Virus record (IMG/VR): IMGVR_UViG_2541047696_000007
Strand: one strand, 5' to 3'
DNA length: 47,685 nucleotides
Origin: a virus
Taxonomy: Duplodnaviria; Heunggongvirae; Uroviricota; Caudoviricetes
The notes below the pieces were generated by a model that saw only the letters and a program-made list of their open reading frames with translations, searched no databases and was not told the origin of the DNA. The position numbers were made by a program, and so were the translations under genes. Positions 43,575-47,685 of the stretch are shown piece after piece (positions within the stretch are counted from its first letter, which is position 1; every line of letters starts with the position of its first letter).

Positions 43575-46046
43575 ATGAGTAAAGTCTTTATTTGCGCCGC
43601 TATTCCTGACGAACTGGCAACAAGGGAAGAAGGCGCTGTGGCTGTAGCCACAGCCATTGAAGCTGGCGACGAACGCCGTGCTCGAGCAAAATTTCACTGG
43701 CAATTCCTGGAACATTATCCGGCTGCTCAGGACTGCGCTTATAAATTTATTGTCTGCGAGGATAAACCTGGCATACCCCGCCCTGCCCTCGATTCATGGG
43801 ATGCTGAATATATGCAGGAAAACCGCTGGGATGAGGAGTCTGCTTCTTTTGTCCCGGTTGAGACTGAATCCGATCCGATGAACGTCACTTTTGACAAGCT
43901 GGCCCCTGAAGTACAGAACGCTGTCATGGTTAAGTTCGACACATGTGAAAACATCACCGTTGATATGGTTATTAGCGCACAGGAATTGTTGCAGGAAGAC
44001 ATGGCAACATTCGACGGACATATCGTTGAAGCGTTGATGAAAATGCCAGAAGTTAACGCCATGTATCCGGAGCTTAAGTTGCACGCCATTGGGTGGGTTA
44101 AGCATAAATGTATTCCTGGTGCTAAATGGCCCGAAATTCAGGCAGAGATGCGCATCTGGAAAAAACGTCGCGAAGGTGAACGCAAGGAAACCGGAAAATA
44201 CACGTCTGTTGTTGATCTCGCCCGCGCCAGAGCCAATCAACAGTACACTGAAAATTCAACAGGAAAAATCAGCCCGGTCATTGCTGCCATTCATCGCGAA
44301 TACAAGCAGACATGGAAAACACTGGATGACGAACTGGCCTACGCTCTCTGGCCTGGTGATGTGGATGCCGGAAACATTGACGGCAGCATCCATCGCTGGG
44401 CAAAAAATGAAGTTATCGATAACGACCGCGAAGACTGGAAGCGTATCTCGGCATCAATGCGCAAACAGCCTGATGCCCTTCGCTACGACCGCCAAACTAT
44501 TTTTGGCCTTGTCCGTGAACGTCCGATCGACATTCACAAAGATCCCGTAGCACTGAACAAATATATCTGCGAATACCTGACGACAAAGGGCGTGTTTGAG
44601 AATGAAGAAACAGACCTGGGCACTGTTGATGTTCTCCAGTCATCAGAAACACAAACTGATGCAGTGGAAACTGAGGTATCTGATATCCCAAAAAATGAAA
44701 CCGCGCCGGAAGCTGAACCATCTGTAGAGCGTGAGGGGCCGTTCTATTTCCTCTTCGCAGATAAGGACGGAGAAAAATACGGTCGCGCAAACAAACTTTC
44801 TGGTCTGGATAAGGCACTGGCTGCTGGCGCCACTGAAATCACAAAAGAAGAATATTTTGCCCGAAAAAATGGCACATACACGGGCTTACCGCAAAATGTA
44901 GATACCGCTGAAGATTCAGAACAACCAGAGCCGATAAAAGTTACCGCTGACGAAGTAAACAAAATTATGCAGGCAGCCAATATCATCCAGCCTGACGCCG
45001 ATAAGTTGCTTGCTGCATCACGTGGTGAATTTGTTGAAGGGATTAGTGACCCGAATGATCCGAAATGGGTTAAGGGGATCCAGACCCGCGATTCTGTGAA
45101 CCAGAACCAGCATGAATCGGAACGGAACTACCAAAAAGCGGAACAAAACAGCCCAAATGCGTTACAAAACGAGCCAGAAACGAAACAGCCTGAATCAGTG
45201 GCGCAACAGGAAGTGGAAAAAGTCTGCACCGCCTGCGGTCAGACCGGCGGCGGCAACTGCCCTGATTGTGGCGCGGTAATGGGCGACGCAACATACCAGG
45301 AAACATTCGATGAAGAGTATCAGGTTGAAGTTCAGGAAGATGATCCGGAGAAAATGGAAGGCGCTGAACATCCACACAAGGAGAACACTGGCGGCAATCA
45401 GCATCACGATAGCGATAATGAAACTGGCGAGACGGCAGATCACTCAATTAAGGTGAACGGTCATCACGAAATCACATCCACCAGCAGGACGTGTGACCAT
45501 CTAATGATCGACCTTGAAACCATGGGAAAAAATCCTGATGCCCCGATCATCTCAATAGGTGCAATATTTTTCGATCCGCAAACCGGAGATATGGGACCGG
45601 AATTTATTAAGACTATCGATCTGGAAACTGCTGGCGGAGTCATTGATCGGGACACCATTAAATGGTGGTTTAAGCAATCACGCGAAGCGCAATCTGCCAT
45701 TATGACCGATGAAATCCCGTTAGATGATGCACTGTTACAATTGCGGGAATTTATCGACGAAAACTCCGGTGAATTTTTTGTTCAGGTCTGGGGAAATGGA
45801 GCCAACTTCGACAACACGATTTTGCGCCGTTCATACGAACGGCAGGGGATCCCCTGCCCGTGGCGTTACTACAACGATCGCGATGTACGCACAATCGTTG
45901 AGCTGGGGAAAGCCATAGACTTCGATGCCAGAACGGCTATTCAATTCGAAGGTGAGCGCCATAATGCACTTGATGACGCCCGTTACCAGGCAAAATACGT
46001 TTCAGTTATCTGGCAAAAACTGATCCCGAGTCAGGCTGATTCTTAA
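43575..46046 (+). CDS. large acidic protein with C-terminal DnaQ-like (DEDDh) 3'-5' exonuclease domain
   Basis: 823-aa ORF; C-terminal ~190 aa carry Exo motifs (MIDLETMG, VWGNGANFD, HNALDDARY); central CxxC..CPDC zinc-ribbon-like segment; possibly the intact counterpart of the truncated K-12 ydfE. Confidence 0.65.
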   Translation: MSKVFICAAIPDELATREEGAVAVATAIEAGDERRARAKFHWQFLEHYPAAQDCAYKFIVCEDKPGIPRPALDSWDAEYMQENRWDEESASFVPVETESDPMNVTFDKLAPEVQNAVMVKFDTCENITVDMVISAQELLQEDMATFDGHIVEALMKMPEVNAMYPELKLHAIGWVKHKCIPGAKWPEIQAEMRIWKKRREGERKETGKYTSVVDLARARANQQYTENSTGKISPVIAAIHREYKQTWKTLDDELAYALWPGDVDAGNIDGSIHRWAKNEVIDNDREDWKRISASMRKQPDALRYDRQTIFGLVRERPIDIHKDPVALNKYICEYLTTKGVFENEETDLGTVDVLQSSETQTDAVETEVSDIPKNETAPEAEPSVEREGPFYFLFADKDGEKYGRANKLSGLDKALAAGATEITKEEYFARKNGTYTGLPQNVDTAEDSEQPEPIKVTADEVNKIMQAANIIQPDADKLLAASRGEFVEGISDPNDPKWVKGIQTRDSVNQNQHESERNYQKAEQNSPNALQNEPETKQPESVAQQEVEKVCTACGQTGGGNCPDCGAVMGDATYQETFDEEYQVEVQEDDPEKMEGAEHPHKENTGGNQHHDSDNETGETADHSIKVNGHHEITSTSRTCDHLMIDLETMGKNPDAPIISIGAIFFDPQTGDMGPEFIKTIDLETAGGVIDRDTIKWWFKQSREAQSAIMTDEIPLDDALLQLREFIDENSGEFFVQVWGNGANFDNTILRRSYERQGIPCPWRYYNDRDVRTIVELGKAIDFDARTAIQFEGERHNALDDARYQAKYVSVIWQKLIPSQADS

Positions 46047-46118
46047 TGTTCAACTGTCGCCGGTTGTGACTGGTATTCTGCAACCGGCGCTCGTCTAATA
46101 TAAGAGATAAAGAAATCG

Positions 46119-46370
46119 ATGAGCGAAGTAATCATGATTGTCTCTCCCGGCAAATGGGTATCCGAAGAGCAGTTAATTGCGCTGAAAGGAATAAAAAAAG
46201 GTACGTTAAAAAAGGCCCGGGAAAAATCGTTTATGGAAGGAAGGGAATATAAGCATGTCGCTCATGACGGTATGCCATGGGATAACAGTCCATGCTTTTA
46301 CAACCTGGAAGAAATTGATCGCTGGATTGAGCGCCAGGCATCAGCAAGACCAAGACGTCATCTTACTTGA
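46119..46370 (+). CDS. putative excisionase
   Basis: 83-aa basic protein immediately upstream of the integrase on the same strand; assignment by position. Confidence 0.45.
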   Translation: MSEVIMIVSPGKWVSEEQLIALKGIKKGTLKKAREKSFMEGREYKHVAHDGMPWDNSPCFYNLEEIDRWIERQASARPRRHLT

Positions 46371-46404
46371 CTAAAAGCCACACTAACTAATGAGAGAAGT
46401 TGAA

Positions 46405-47685
46405 ATGAAATATCCGACAGGCGTGGAAAACCATGGAGGGAAATTACGTATCTGGTTTGTTTATAAAGGCGTAAGAGTCAGGGAAAACCTGGGGGTTCCT
46501 GACACAGCAAAAAACAGGCGCGTTGCAGGTGAGCTACGCGCCTCTGTTTGTTACGCAATAAAAACTGGTGTTTTCGACTATGCAAAACAGTTTCCCTCCT
46601 CACGCAATCTGGAAAAATTTGGTGAGGCCCGACAAGATTTAACCATAAAAGAACTGGCTGAAAAATTTCTGGCACTGAAAGAAACTGAAGTCGCAAAAAC
46701 ATCACTCAACACATACCGTGCCGTCATCAAAAATATCCTGAGCATAATCGGTGAAAAAAATCTTGCCTCATCGATTAATAAAGAAAAATTACTGGAGGTT
46801 CGTAAAGAGCTACTGACTGGATACCAGATCCCCAAAAGTAACTATATTGTTACACAACCAGGGAGATCGGCTGTAACTGTAAATAATTACATGACAAATC
46901 TTAACGCCGTGTTCCAGTTTGGTGTTGATAACGGTTACCTGGTAGATAACCCGTTTAAGGGGATCTCGCCATTAAAGGAATCAAGAACCATTCCGGATCC
47001 TCTTTCGCGGGAGGAATTCATCCGTCTTATCGATGCGTGCAGAAATCAGCAAGCCAAAAATTTATGGTGTGTTTCTGTTTATACTGGCGTTCGCCCTGGT
47101 GAGCTGTGTGCACTTGGATGGGAGGACATAGATCTGAAAAATGGAACAATGATGATCAGGAGAAATTTAGCAAAAGACCGTTTCACGGTACCAAAAACAC
47201 AGGCGGGAACCAATCGGGTCATTCATCTTATTAAGCCAGCAATCGACGCTCTCCGGAGTCAGATGACATTAACGAGACTGAGCAAAGAGCATATCATTGA
47301 TGTTCACCTCAGAGAGTATGGCAGAACAGAAAAACAAAAATGCACCTTTGTTTTTCAACCTGAAGTGTCAGCGAGAGTAAAAAATTATGGTGACCATTTT
47401 ACCGTTGACTCAATAAGGCAGATGTGGGACGCAGCGATAAAACGTGCCGGACTCCGCCATCGAAAATCATATCAGTCGAGACATACTTATGCCTGCTGGT
47501 CGCTGACAGCTGGTGCTAACCCGGCATTTATAGCAAACCAGATGGGCCATGCAGATGCGCAAATGGTATTTCAGGTATACGGAAAATGGATGTCTGAAAA
47601 CAATAATGCACAGGTAGCTTTGTTAAATACACAGTTAAGCGAGTTTGCCCCAACCATGCCCCATAACGAAGCAATGAAAAATTAA
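46405..47685 (+). CDS. intQ: tyrosine recombinase, phage integrase
   Basis: ~426-aa ORF at the prophage end with C-terminal catalytic region (HDTRHTYACW-like RHTYA...HAD...Y); GAGAGAAG Shine-Dalgarno before the ATG at 46405; stop coincides with the window end. Confidence 0.85.
   Translation: MKYPTGVENHGGKLRIWFVYKGVRVRENLGVPDTAKNRRVAGELRASVCYAIKTGVFDYAKQFPSSRNLEKFGEARQDLTIKELAEKFLALKETEVAKTSLNTYRAVIKNILSIIGEKNLASSINKEKLLEVRKELLTGYQIPKSNYIVTQPGRSAVTVNNYMTNLNAVFQFGVDNGYLVDNPFKGISPLKESRTIPDPLSREEFIRLIDACRNQQAKNLWCVSVYTGVRPGELCALGWEDIDLKNGTMMIRRNLAKDRFTVPKTQAGTNRVIHLIKPAIDALRSQMTLTRLSKEHIIDVHLREYGRTEKQKCTFVFQPEVSARVKNYGDHFTVDSIRQMWDAAIKRAGLRHRKSYQSRHTYACWSLTAGANPAFIANQMGHADAQMVFQVYGKWMSENNNAQVALLNTQLSEFAPTMPHNEAMKN

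Overview
This window is almost entirely a lambdoid prophage of the Qin type, inserted into the MFS transporter gene ydfJ (1-1284, 5'-truncated). All calls rest on reading the six-frame translations and the sequence by eye; no searches were run, so family names are recognition from memory. The structural genes run right to left on the minus strand: terminase small and large subunits, W-like, portal, a ClpP-type protease/capsid fusion, FII/Z/U/V/G-T/H tail genes, then M-L-K-I-J, lom, stf and tfa, with pin and ydfK at the left end. The tail gene M is split by an IS3-family insertion sequence (13232-14489) with a 3-bp GTT target duplication, so the prophage is probably tail-defective. To the right lie a candidate lambda-like cos, a lysis cassette (holin, SAR endolysin, Rz/Rz1) interleaved with cold-shock genes (cspI, cspB, cspF, gnsB, ydfO), Q antiterminator, ydfU, hok/mok, a replication module with origin iterons, the dicC/dicA switch, the dicF-dicB-ydfD cassette, a large exonuclease-domain protein, xis and int (ending at the window edge). 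The most interesting candidate is a 595-aa plus-strand ORF (37082-38869) with a C-terminal R-x4-H-x-Y HEPN-type motif, sitting next to hok where K-12 Qin carries relBE; it looks like a single-gene abortive-infection or RNase-type defence effector. No CRISPR array, tRNA or rRNA was seen.
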